The notes beneath the pieces are model-generated. The model was not told where the DNA came from. It ran no database searches and was given only the letters and a program-made list of their open reading frames with translations. The position numbers and the translations under genes were made by a program. A stretch of 64,000 nt of DNA, from positions 9,711-73,710 of the forward strand of contig BLSG01000172.1 of the NCBI GenBank assembly GCA_012862495.1, written 5' to 3'. Origin of the DNA: Thraustochytrium aureum (Eukaryota). The stretch's first letter is position 1, and every line of letters begins with the position of its first letter. Below, piece after piece: positions 12,196 to 23,091 of the stretch.

Positions 12196-14674
12196 TCAAC
12201 AAATCCATGCATGGCCTTTCGTTGGACGGTGGGCCGTCTTCGGGCCGTGGCGCGCACCCCTTGAGAAGGAAATCATCAGAGCTAAAGCTGGCTGCCCCGG
12301 CCCGCTCGAGGTGGGCAAGGGCACGAGGCCCTCAAGCGTCGCGTCCACAGCGGCGCAAAGCGGCCCGTCGAACGCCGACGTGCAGGGCCCCACCTCCACC
12401 TCTCGGTCAGGGCGCACCCCGCCATTCTCGAGCTCCAAGCCGCGGTCGAGAGCATAGTAGGCCAACGTGGGGTGCGTCAGCGTGGTCGAGTCGACAAGGC
12501 GGGTTTCCACCGATATGCCAGTGACCCCACCCCAAGTCTGCGAGCCCACGACCGGGCCAAGCTTGAGGGTCTGAAAGGCGTGCGCAAGAACCTCGGCGTC
12601 GCTGGCCGAGGTGCCGTCCACGACGAGCGCGAGCCGTGATGGCGCAAGCGGGAACGACCAGGGCTTGCCGAAGCGCGGAAGGCAGAGCGCCACCGGGCGC
12701 TTGCAGAGCTTTTCCAGCAGCTGCTCTGACAAGTTGCCACCCGTGTTTCCGCGGACGTCAACGACGAGCGCGTCGTGCTGCCCCTCGCCGATAAACTGCT
12801 GCGAAAATATCGCAAAGCCACGCGTGTCCATGCTAGGGACGTGCACGTAGCCACACTGCCCGCGCGAGCGCTGGTGGACGAACGCCGCGCGCTTCGCAAT
12901 GGCGTCAAAGTACCGCGCGGCTTGTTCCGCTCGCTCGCTCATACACCGCACGCGCACGCGACCAACGTCTGTGCTGTCGCGCCCGAGCACGTCAAGTAGC
13001 ACGTCGCGACCAGCCATACCCACTAGCACCATCTCGAGCGTCCAGGCAGAGCTTACAGGCCGCCCATTCACCGCAGCGATCGTGTCGCCCTTGCGCAGCT
13101 GCGTCCAGCAGCCCCCCAGCGAGCCGCTCGTGACCTGCGACCAGTGCTGGCCGCGGACGACTCGCTCGACCTGGAAACCGCGCCCTGTGTAGCGACCATC
13201 GACTCCGAGCCTGCCCACCTCTTGGTCATACGACGGCGCTCGCCCTGCCACGTCAAAGTCGCCGAGACTGGCGTAGGCGTGCGACATCCCAAACTCGCTC
13301 AGCGCTTCGGATATCAGGTCCGCCAAGCAGAGTCGCGACCGCGCAGCACAGAGCCTGGCGCAGTAGCGGCCAAAGTCGGCGGCGCCAACGCGCGGCTGCT
13401 TCGCGCCGGGGAAAAGGTGGTGGCCCTCCTGGGCACACGCAGACCACACTTCTGCAAACATTTGCGCCCACTCGCGTTGCGGGTCTACCTCGAGCACAAT
13501 GCGGCGATCAAGCCGGACCTTGCCCTTGCTGCGAAGCTGGCCCATCCTGACGTCGAGGTCGCGCGGGTCCTGGTGCTCCACGCCTGCGTCCTCCTCTTCG
13601 TCGTCGCTGTCAGCAAAGCACTCGGCCTCCTCCTCGAACGAGGCGCTAAAGCAACGCAGCTCAGTTGCGCCGCCGCGGCCGCCAGAGCACCACACCAGGA
13701 TCGTTTGGCCGTCCATCGCCACGTCCACGTCGACGACGTCTGACCTCCGCAGCACAAGTTGGCGGCGTGTCTCGGTGTTGAACAGGACAAGGTCGCCTTG
13801 TTCGCTGTCTGCTCCGTCCTCCTCCTCGTCAAAGTCGGGGTGGTGCGGGTTGCGCATTCCCTCGACGCGCCGCCTCACGAACAGGACTCGGCCCTTGCTC
13901 AGTGCGACGAGGCTACTAGCGCTGTCCCGGGCCAGGTTTTCATGGGGACGGCCCGCAGCCTGCTTTGCTGCACGTCTCCAAAGATCAGCTCTGGCTCGTC
14001 GTACGCCTGTGGGTCTGCCTCGCGCCGGTATCCGCTACTTCCACTTTGGTGCGTTGCGGTGGGCGCAGGCGCTGGCGTTGCGCTTGGGCCGCCCCCGATC
14101 TTTTGCTTGCCAGAGGAGCCGCGGGCTCCTTGCTGGCCTCCGCGACCTTGCTCGCGCCGCCCCGGACTAGGTTCCTCTTCTTGCTCGCCGCCGTCCTCGT
14201 CATCGTATTCTCCGGCGTCGTCCGCCCCGTTCTTGTCGTTGTCGTCGTCGCCCTTTGGGGCGCGAGGCGCGTGAAGAAACGGGTCGCCAGGCACATCCTG
14301 CAGAGGCACCATCATGAGGCACTCGCTGGCCGAGAATCCAACCGAGCCGTACAAGTGATCCTCGATGCAGCGCAGGTTGCGGTTGGAGACAAACATGACG
14401 AAGCGCAGGTCGGGGTCCACGCAGGGCGAGTGGTCTGAAAACCCATCGTTCTCGCTAACAAAGTGCACCTTCGGGACCGGCCGACGCTTGTCCTCGACAG
14501 CGACGGCGCAAATGGTTCTGGCGCGTGGCGAGGTCGCCATGGAGAAAAACACGTACCGGCCGCAACTCGAGAACACGGTGTCGGAGATGCCCTCCTCGTG
14601 CGCAGAGCGAGCGAGCAGGTGGACCGAGCAAGAGACCGGGTCCTCCCTCTTCTTGTTCTTTTTCTTGCGGCTTG

Positions 14675-14706
<32 letters not shown>

Positions 14707-15127
14707 CGGCTGCGCTTCGGCCCGGCGCCTTTGGGTTTCCCACTTGCGGCGTTGTCCTCATGCTTGCCCGCCTTGGGGTCGGCGCGGCCCTGCTCGCCTT
14801 CCGCCGCGCCCGGTGGCGGGTCGAGCGCATCTAGGTTGTGAATTCGCACCAAAACCAGCTCGCCGCGCGTGTTGACGACCGCGACCGCGTCCTCTGTTGG
14901 GCTGGCCACAGCGTGCGTCGGCCGACCCAGCTTTTCCGCGTCCACCTTGGCCTTGAACCCCTGGAGGAGGGGGAGGACTTCGCTTGCCTCCTCGTATCCA
15001 GACTCGTTGGCCGCGAGCTGGGCTCCAGAGGCGAACCCTTCGAGCCAGATCTGGCCTGGCGTGTCGTCCAGCGCAAATGCGGCTAGTCGGCAGTCGCGCA
15101 AGTACACAAGCCCAACGTACCGCGTAG
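12196..15127 (-). CDS. Tricorn protease-like S41 peptidase (beta-propeller + PDZ + S41); 5' end in gap, one apparent frameshift near 13900
   Basis: EWAQMFAEVW, SEFGMSHAY, PDZ GDTIAAVNGRPV, GYVHVPSM, LVVDVRGNTGG, TSASDAEVLAHAFQTLKLGPVVGSQTWGG, LENGGVRPD; upstream propeller-like FSSCGRYVFF and DPDLRFVMFVSNR. Confidence 0.85.
14677..14704. repeat. (TTG)n trinucleotide run encoding poly-Asn in the tricorn-like gene
   Basis: ttgttgttg... seen directly. Confidence 0.85.
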
Positions 15128-16038
15128 NNNNNNNNNNNNNNNNNNNNNNNNNNNNNNNNNNNNNNNNNNNNNNNNNNNNNNNNNNNNNNNNNNNNNNNNN
15201 NNNNNNNNNNNNNNNNNNNNNNNNNNNNNNNNNNNNNNNNNNNNNNNNNNNNNNNNNNNNNNNNNNNNNNNNNNNNNNNNNNNNNNNNNNNNNNNNNNNN
15301 NNNNNNNNNNNNNNNNNNNNNNNNNNNNNNNNNNNNNNNNNNNNNNNNNNNNNNNNNNNNNNNNNNNNNNNNNNNNNNNNNNNNNNNNNNNNNNNNNNNN
15401 NNNNNNNNNNNNNNNNNNNNNNNNNNNNNNNNNNNNNNNNNNNNNNNNNNNNNNNNNNNNNNNNNNNNNNNNNNNNNNNNNNNNNNNNNNNNNNNNNNNN
15501 NNNNNNNNNNNNNNNNNNNNNNNNNNNNNNNNNNNNNNNNNNNNNNNNNNNNNNNNNNNNNNNNNNNNNNNNNNNNNNNNNNNNNNNNNNNNNNNNNNNN
15601 NNNNNNNNNNNNNNNNNNNNNNNNNNNNNNNNNNNNNNNNNNNNNNNNNNNNNNNNNNNNNNNNNNNNNNNNNNNNNNNNNNNNNNNNNNNNNNNNNNNN
15701 NNNNNNNNNNNNNNNNNNNNNNNNNNNNNNNNNNNNNNNNNNNNNNNNNNNNNNNNNNNNNNNNNNNNNNNNNNNNNNNNNNNNNNNNNNNNNNNNNNNN
15801 NNNNNNNNNNNNNNNNNNNNNNNNNNNNNNNNNNNNNNNNNNNNNNNNNNNNNNNNNNNNNNNNNNNNNNNNGTGCTGCGCCAGCTCGAGCAGATCCGAG
15901 TTGGCTGCTGCTCCTGCAGACGCTCCTGAATTCAATTCTGCTGCTGGGTGCTGGCGATGGACAGCGCGTCTGAGGAGGCGCGACCCGTGCCGTGGTGCGC
16001 AACGCTGGGCCCTCATGTCGGAGGTATAATCGCCGCGT

Positions 16039-17746
16039 TTGTTGGGGCCGTCGAGGTTAGGCTGCCTGAGGAGGCGTCAGAGTTTGTCAAGGTTCTCCCA
16101 GAGGTTTCCTGTGTTCTTCGCGCAAAGAAGGCCCTGTCGCTTCTGGCCGGCACAGGGACGAGGGGAGCGCGTGGAGATGCTGTGCTTGCGCGGAGGCAGT
16201 GCTCGCGGACTGACTCATGTCGATTTTAAGGGCGTGGTCCTTGGCTCCAACATCTCGGTTGCGGCGCTTCTTGCGCCAGAGTCCCGCGTCAGGAAGCTCA
16301 CGCTCGCAGGAAGCGCGATCCACGGTGCTGCGCTTGTTGAGACGTTCTCCGCTCTGGCTAATAACACTGCGCTTCAAAGTTTGGATGCTGGCAATCGCGG
16401 CATTCGAACAGCGCACCACCCCGTTCGAACGGTAGGGATGCACCAAAGCGCCGCTGTAGCGCTCGGCACCGCTTTGCGCGAGAACTCGACTTTAAAACAC
16501 CTTGGGTTCCACCGCACCAGTTTTACGGAGCAAAACCTAGCCGCAATCGCCGCTGGTGTCTCAACCAACACCGGGCTTTGCACCCTGGATCTGTCGGATT
16601 GCAACATCGGCGCTTGCGACACCCAAGAGACGTCGAATTGGATCGTGAGCTTGCACACGAGCCGGGTCAAAGTGCTCGAGCTTAGCTCCAACAGTCTCTC
16701 CGCTCCTAGCGTCCGCGCTCTTGTGCAATTGCTGAGATCCTCGTCGACCTTGACAGAGTTGGACATTGGATCGATCACGCTCCCGTGCGCCAGGGCACAG
16801 GAGGCTTTTGTGGGTCTTCTAGACAGCCTACGGGACAACCTGCGCATCAAGACCCTGCGAGTGGCGCATGCTAGCTTTGCTGATGCCAGCACTGCGCTTG
16901 CAGCTCAGCGCTTGCTCGCAGAAAACCGCATGCTCGAATTGATAGAGCTCAGCGGCACGCACGGCGGCGCTGCACCAGAAAGGCTTTTGCCAGTTCTCCG
17001 TGGCCTTGCAAGTAATGTGAGCTTGACCGCCCTCCAAGCGCCCAGAATCCTGGATCAGCAAGATCCCGGTAGCAGGCTGGAGCTTGCTGAGGTGCTTGGC
17101 CGCGTTGTGCAGCTTCACCCGACCTTGCGGGACATCAACCTCTCGCGCAACGCGCTTCTAGAAGCCTCTGTCGGCCTCGCGAACGGAATCCACTCAGCCA
17201 GTGCGCTGCAATCGCTCAATTTGAAGGGGTGTCTCCTGTGCCCGAATGCTGCGTTTGCTTTCTCCGGTGCACTACAGCGAGACTGCTCGCTCGTCAGCCT
17301 GGACCTAAGCTTCTGCGGACTGGGGGTCGAGGGGGTTACTGCGGTCATTCACGGCCTTCGCGAGAACACACGCCTTGCCACCCTCAACTTGAGTGGCAAC
17401 GTCCCCCAACAGGACCCGCCAGTGACGGCACGCAGGTTATCTGCGTCCTCGCGGAAACCTTGATGAAGAATACCTCACTGCGGGGCCTCAGCCTCCGACT
17501 CACTTTTGGCGCGCTGGGAGCGTCATGGGCAAGCTCATCTGGGCTGCCCGGCGCAATGTGTCTCTGCGGTACCTGCGAATGTCGCCCGTGCTTTGCATAA
17601 AAACCGAGCACCTCGCTGACCTCAGCGCGGCGATCGCGCACCGGCCCGGAGTCGGCAGAAAGGCAGCACCCGCCAGCGAACTCCTCGTCCCGGGGCACAC
17701 GGACGGCGCTCAAGGGGACGACCGCACCGGGATGCTGGCCGCCTAG
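16039..17746 (+). CDS. Ribonuclease-inhibitor-like (NLRC3-type) leucine-rich repeat protein; frameshifts near 17440-17520, start uncertain
   Basis: Repeated N-x-[TS]-L-x-x-L-x-L-x-x-N units (NTALQSLDAGN, NTGLCTLDLSDC, NTRLATLNLSGN, NTSLRGLSL, NVSLRYLRM). Confidence 0.75.
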
Positions 17747-18280
17747 CTAGCCGCTGGAGCGATAGGTACTCTACTTTGGCGCAGAACGAAGCGCACCTGG
17801 CCGGTCCCTATTTTGCGACACCTCTTCGTCCCACACGCCGGACCCTGAATGCTGCGCTCTCCATGCTGCGCTTTTGATAATCCATGTGGTTGGGGGTGTT
17901 ACTCTACGTAGCGCTTTTGATTGAATGCTGCGCTTCCAAGCCCAGCAGGGAAGTGGCCTCCCACAGGCCAGACGCCCGAAGCACAACAGGCTAGACGCTC
18001 ATAAAAAGGAATGATCGGTTTGTTCAGCTGTTCATTGCAGACAGAAGGAAGCCGAACAGCAGAGAAGCGGTGCAACCGCCTCGGCAGACCCGCAACAGAG
18101 ACCCCTGCGCGCGCGCCCCGGAGCGAGCGAGAGTGGCAAGCACCTGCCAACGCAGGGCCGTTGCGCGAGACTCGCGGAGGCGACTCGACCACCGTCGCGG
18201 CACCGCGCGGCGAGTTTGGGCTTTCTTTTTCGGCACCTCGAACCTGGGGAAAAGGGCAGCGGCGCGAAGCGGCGGGAGCG

Positions 18281-19758
18281 ATGGCGGCGGGGAAGAAGGA
18301 CACCGCGGAGGGGAAGAAGCGGGCGGGGGACGATGTGAAGGGCAAGGAGAAGAAGGAGAAGAAGGAGGACGAGGAGGAGAAGGAAGAAAAGGCCGTCGTC
18401 TCGCTCGACGCGGGGGACATCTTCCTCCTCAAGTCGTACGGGCTCGGCGCGTACACGCTGCCGCTGAAAAAGGTCGAGAAGGAGGTCGAAACGATCCTCA
18501 AGCGCGTGGATGAGCTCGCCGGCGTGCGCGAAAGCGATACCGGCCTGGCACCGCCATCCCTGTGGGACATGGTCGCCGACCGGCAGATGATGCAAGAGGA
18601 GCAGCCCCTGCAAGTCGCGCGGTGCACCAAGATCATCAACGCAGACACGGACGACGCCAAGTACTTGATCAACGTCAAGCAGATCGCCAAGTTTGTCGTC
18701 GCGCTCGGCGAGCGCGTCTCGCCCACCGACATCGAAGAGGGCATGCGCGTTGGCGTTGACCGGACAAAGTACAGCATCCAGATCCCGCTGCCGCCCAAGA
18801 TCGATCCCTCGGTGACCATGATGGTGAGTTTTGGCCCTCTCGCATTCCCCGCGCCTCTTGCTTGCGACACGTGCGCGCTGCGCGCTCGCGCCGCTCGAGG
18901 GCTTTGCTGCGCCGCAAGCATTGTGCACTGACACGCGCCTTTTCGCAGACCGTCGAGGAGAAGCCCAACGTAAGCTACAGCGACGTAGGCGGCGCCAAGG
19001 ACTCGCTCGAAAAGCTGCGCGAGGTGGTCGAGCTCCCCCTTCTACACCCCGAGCGCTTCGTAAACCTCGGGATCGACCCGCCCAAGGGCATCCTGCTCTA
19101 CGGACCTCCCGGCACAGGTAAGACACTCTCCGCTCGTGCATGCGCAAACGGAACAGACGCGACGTTCATTCGCGTTATCGGCTCGGAGCTTGTTCAAAAG
19201 TACGTCGGCGAGGGTGCGCGCATGGTCCGCGAGCTCTTCCAGATGGCACGGACCAAGAAGGCCTGCCTCATCTTTTTCGATGAGGTGGACGCCATCGGCG
19301 GCTCGCGCGAGGGCGGGGACGGCAACAACGACAACGAGGTCCAGCGCACGATGCTCGAGATCGTCAACCAGCTCGACGGGTTCGACTCGCGCGGCAACAT
19401 CAAGGTGCTGATGGCAACCAACAGGCCCGACACCCTCGACCCCGCGTTGATGCGGCCCGGCCGGCTCGACCGCAAAGTTGAATTCGGGCTGCCGGACCTG
19501 GAGGGCCGCGCCCATATTTTCAAGATCCACACCAAGAGCATGAACGTGGACAAAAACATCCGGTTCGAGCTTCTTGCTCGCCTCTGCCCCAACACGACCG
19601 GCGCAGAGCTGCGCTCTGTGTGCACAGAGGCGGGTATGTACGCGATCCGCGCGCGCCGAAAGCAGATCACGGAGAAGGACCTTCTCGAGGCCATCAACAA
19701 GGTCATCAAGGGCTACTCCAAGTTTAGCGCCACGCCAAAGTACATGGTGTACAACTGA
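18281..19758 (+). CDS. PSMC2: 26S proteasome AAA-ATPase subunit RPT1; exons 18281-18823 and 18949-19758
   Basis: [31 protein letters not shown] across a GT-AG intron (18824-18948, branch CACTGAC), [19 protein letters not shown]-terminal [11 protein letters not shown]. Confidence 0.97.
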
Positions 19759-20115
19759 GGCAGTGGCTTTTCGCGCGGGGGAGCCCCCGCTCCCGCCGCC
19801 GTTGCGCCCAACACCCAGGCAAATAACCAGCAAAGGATATACCAATTGAGTCCCTCCCCAGTGCTCGCTCCCACAGCCTGGCGGCCTGCGCCGAGGGCGT
19901 CGGTCTCAGCAGTGTGTCACCCGTTCAACGGAATCAACGGCTATTTTCTTGGTCCACCCACCCGCCCGCGCGCTTCCTGCCGCTGCAGGCAACGTCGAGC
20001 GGCAAGGAGGCGCGCTCGCAACACAGGCACTGAGCAGGCAGCAGGCAGGTGGGCAGCGAAGGCGACGTCGAGCGGCAAAGCGCGCCCTGCCTTCAAAACC
20101 AAGGCTGACAGCGAC

Positions 20116-21658
20116 ATGTCCTCAGTGCATCCGGCTCCTCGGAGCAGCACTCCTGAAGCGCTCGACCTGAGCGGGGACCAGGACCCCAAGGAGCGCGACG
20201 AAAACCGGCCGCCCGAGCGCGCTGCAGTGCTTTCAGCGATGTTCATAGGAGCGCCGAGGACATCACTGCCACCAGCGACGCCACAAACCAAGCGGGGGAG
20301 CACCGCAGTGCAGCATGGGTCAATGCCGGCCGCCAGCGACGACGACGACAGTAGCTTCAGAAATGCAGACGCCTGGGGCTCGGGCGGAGATCTTGACCCT
20401 CTGCCGTTGCTTGAGGACGATGAGATCAAGCGATTGAGCATGCGCGAGCGCGTGTGGCAGTTTTTTGAAGACCCCACTTCGAGCCGTGCTGCGCAGTACT
20501 ATTCTCTGGGCTTGATTACACTGATCGCCTTCTCGGTGGTGGTCTTTTGCCTCGAGTCGCTCCCAAGATTTTACGCCTCCAGCAATCACCCAGACATAGG
20601 CGTGTGGGACGAAATCGAGCTTTTCTGCATAGTCGTTTTCACGACCGAGTACGTGCTGCGGCTGGGGTCTTGCCCAAGCAAGTTCAAGTTCCTTTCGAGC
20701 CCTCTCAACGCGGTCGACCTCATTGCCATTGTTCCTTTTTATCTCGAACAATACATCGAGTTCATTTCGGGGGGCAACTCTGCTGTGTTTCGCGTCGTCC
20801 GCCTCGTGCGTGTGTTCCGCATGTTCAAGATCTCGCGGTACCTGAGCTGGATTCGAATTTTTGTGGAGGCCATGGTCCAGTCGGTGCAGCCGCTGACGAT
20901 GCTCTTGTTCGTCATTATGATTGGCTGCGTGTTCTTTAGCACTGGGATGTTTTTGCTTGAGCGCGGCGATTTTGACGAAGCAGAGCTCGTTTACCGTCGC
21001 GAGGACGGCTCGCCGAGCCCCTTCCAGAGCATCCCCGGGACTTTTTGGTGGTGTCTGGTTACCATGACTACGGTGGGCTACGGCGACGTGGTCCCGATCA
21101 CCCCCCTCGGCAAGCTTCTGGCGAGTATCACGAGCTTGACAGGCATCCTTGTTCTGGTAAGTAGGGGACCCTCTCCTCGCGTTGTGGGCAGGCTGTTGCA
21201 TTGATCGCGACCCGCGAGCTCGCCCAGCAAAGCACGAGCACCTTGCGCACTCACTAACGCCCTTGCATTACTCACGCTCGCAACTCGGCTCGCAGGCCAT
21301 TCCCATCACGATCATCAGTACCAACTTCAGCGTCGAGTACGAAAAACTGAAAAAGCACCGGAAGACTCTGCGCGCCCGCGTAAAGCTCCTAAAAAGCCAT
21401 TTCAAAGAGAAGAAAACCGGGCTGGAGGCCATGACCGATGAAATCGAGGACCTCGTCAAGCACGCCTCCGCCGACTTTCTTCGCGAGATCGAGGACCTCG
21501 TCGAGATCTCCAAAGAGGCGATGACGCTCGAGCTGCAGGAACTCGTCAAGATCGCGTATTGCAGCAGGCAGCGCGACCTCGAGCAGGTCCGCAAGGACGA
21601 TCGCACATCCACGGTTTCAAAGGCCGCGGCTGGCGCCACGGCCCAAGCCACGCCGTGA
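20116..21658 (+). CDS. Voltage-gated (Kv/Shaker-like, 6TM) potassium channel; exons 20116-21156 and 21296-21658
   Basis: WQFFEDPTSS, S4 RVVRLVRVFRMFKISR, pore TMTTVGYGD, GILVL|AIPITII across intron 21157-21295 (GTAAGT...CACTAAC...CAG). Confidence 0.93.
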
Positions 21659-23034
21659 CCCGCATTTACAAACCAGATGGCCGCTTCCACCGCAGAAGGG
21701 TCGCCAGCGGCTGAAGCACCGAGCGCGCTCTCCCTGGTCCCGATCAATCGCCAGCGTCGCCCTTGCAACACGATGTCGTCGATCAACATGCAGACAAGTG
21801 CCCGCATGGGCCAACGGTAGAGTACGTTCGCGCCCCTCTTCAGTACTCCCAACCCAGCCGACAGCATGTGCCCGGCGACCTCTGCAACCCGGCGGTCGGT
21901 CCCGGTCGGTCGCGTCCTCGACGGAGCCCAAACGCAACCATTGACTCGGAGGGCAGCCCACGTCGCACTTGGCGTGCCTCTCCGTTCCCTCCGAGGACAG
22001 CACAAGCCGCGTGCAGGCGCACACGCCGTGGACTCGATAGACGCGCGTACCGGGCCACGCCCGGGCTGTCCAATCAAGCTCCACTGCGCCGTGCGCTGCC
22101 TCGTGCGCTGCGCCTGGAGAGGAGCGGCTCCCCGAACTCTCGCCAGAATGGCGCCATGCTCGAGGTGGGCAACGNNNNNNNNNNNNNNNNNNNNNNNNNN
22201 NNNNNNNNNNNNNNNNNNNNNNNNNNNNNNNNNNNNNNNNNNNNNNNNNNNNNNNNNNNNNNNNNNNNNNNNNNNNNNNNNNNNNNNNNNNNNNNNNNNN
22301 NNNNNNNNNNNNNNNNNNNNNNNNNNNNNNNNNNNNNNNNNNNNNNNNNNNNNNNNNNNNNNNNNNNNNNNNNNNNNNNNNNNNNNNNNNNNNNNNNNNN
22401 NNNNNNNNNNNNNNNNNNNNNNNNNNNNNNNNNNNNNNNNNNNNNNNNNNNNNNNNNNNNNNNNNNNNNNNNNNNNNNNNNNNNNNNNNNNNNNNNNNNN
22501 NNNNNNNNNNNNNNNNNNNNNNNNNNNNNNNNNNNNNNNNNNNNNNNNNNNNNNNNNNNNNNNNNNNNNNNNNNNNNNNNNNNNNNNNNNNNNNNNNNNN
22601 NNNNNNNNNNNNNNNNNNNNNNNNNNNNNNNNNNNNNNNNNNNNNNNNNNNNNNNNNNNNNNNNNNNNNNNNNNNNNNNNNNNNNNNNNNNNNNNNNNNN
22701 NNNNNNNNNNNNNNNNNNNNNNNNNNNNNNNNNNNNNNNNNNNNNNNNNNNNNNNNNNNNNNNNNNNNNNNNNNNNNNNNNNNNNNNNNNNNNNNNNNNN
22801 NNNNNNNNNNNNNNNNNNNNNNNNNNNNNNNNNNNNNNNNNNNNNNNNNNNNNNNNNNNNNNNNNNNNNNNNNNNNNNNNNNNNNNNNNNNNNNNNNNNN
22901 NNNNNNNNNNNNNNNNNNNNNNNNNNNNNNNNNNTATCTTGTTATTACAAGACTCGGTAACGCAATGAAAAAACTGACATCGCTTCTTTCTTACAAACTA
23001 TCAACGACAAAACTGCGAAGCTTCCAGAAAAAAC

Positions 23035-23083
23035 TGCCAGGCTGGCAACTTGGGGTCTGCCTGCCGCGACTCCGGCAGACCCC
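23035..23083 (+). repeat. Tandem inverted repeats immediately upstream of the Fanzor ATG
   Basis: TGCCAG-G-CTGGCA (23035-23047) and a 10-bp stem GGGGTCTGCC (23052-23061) / GGCAGACCCC (23074-23083). Confidence 0.7.
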
Positions 23084-23091
23084 TAACGCCG

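Noticed and set aside
21656..21820. Possible stop-codon readthrough of the Kv channel (frame stays open about 54 codons after TGA)
   Set aside because: An open stretch of this length is unremarkable at this GC content and shows no conserved motif
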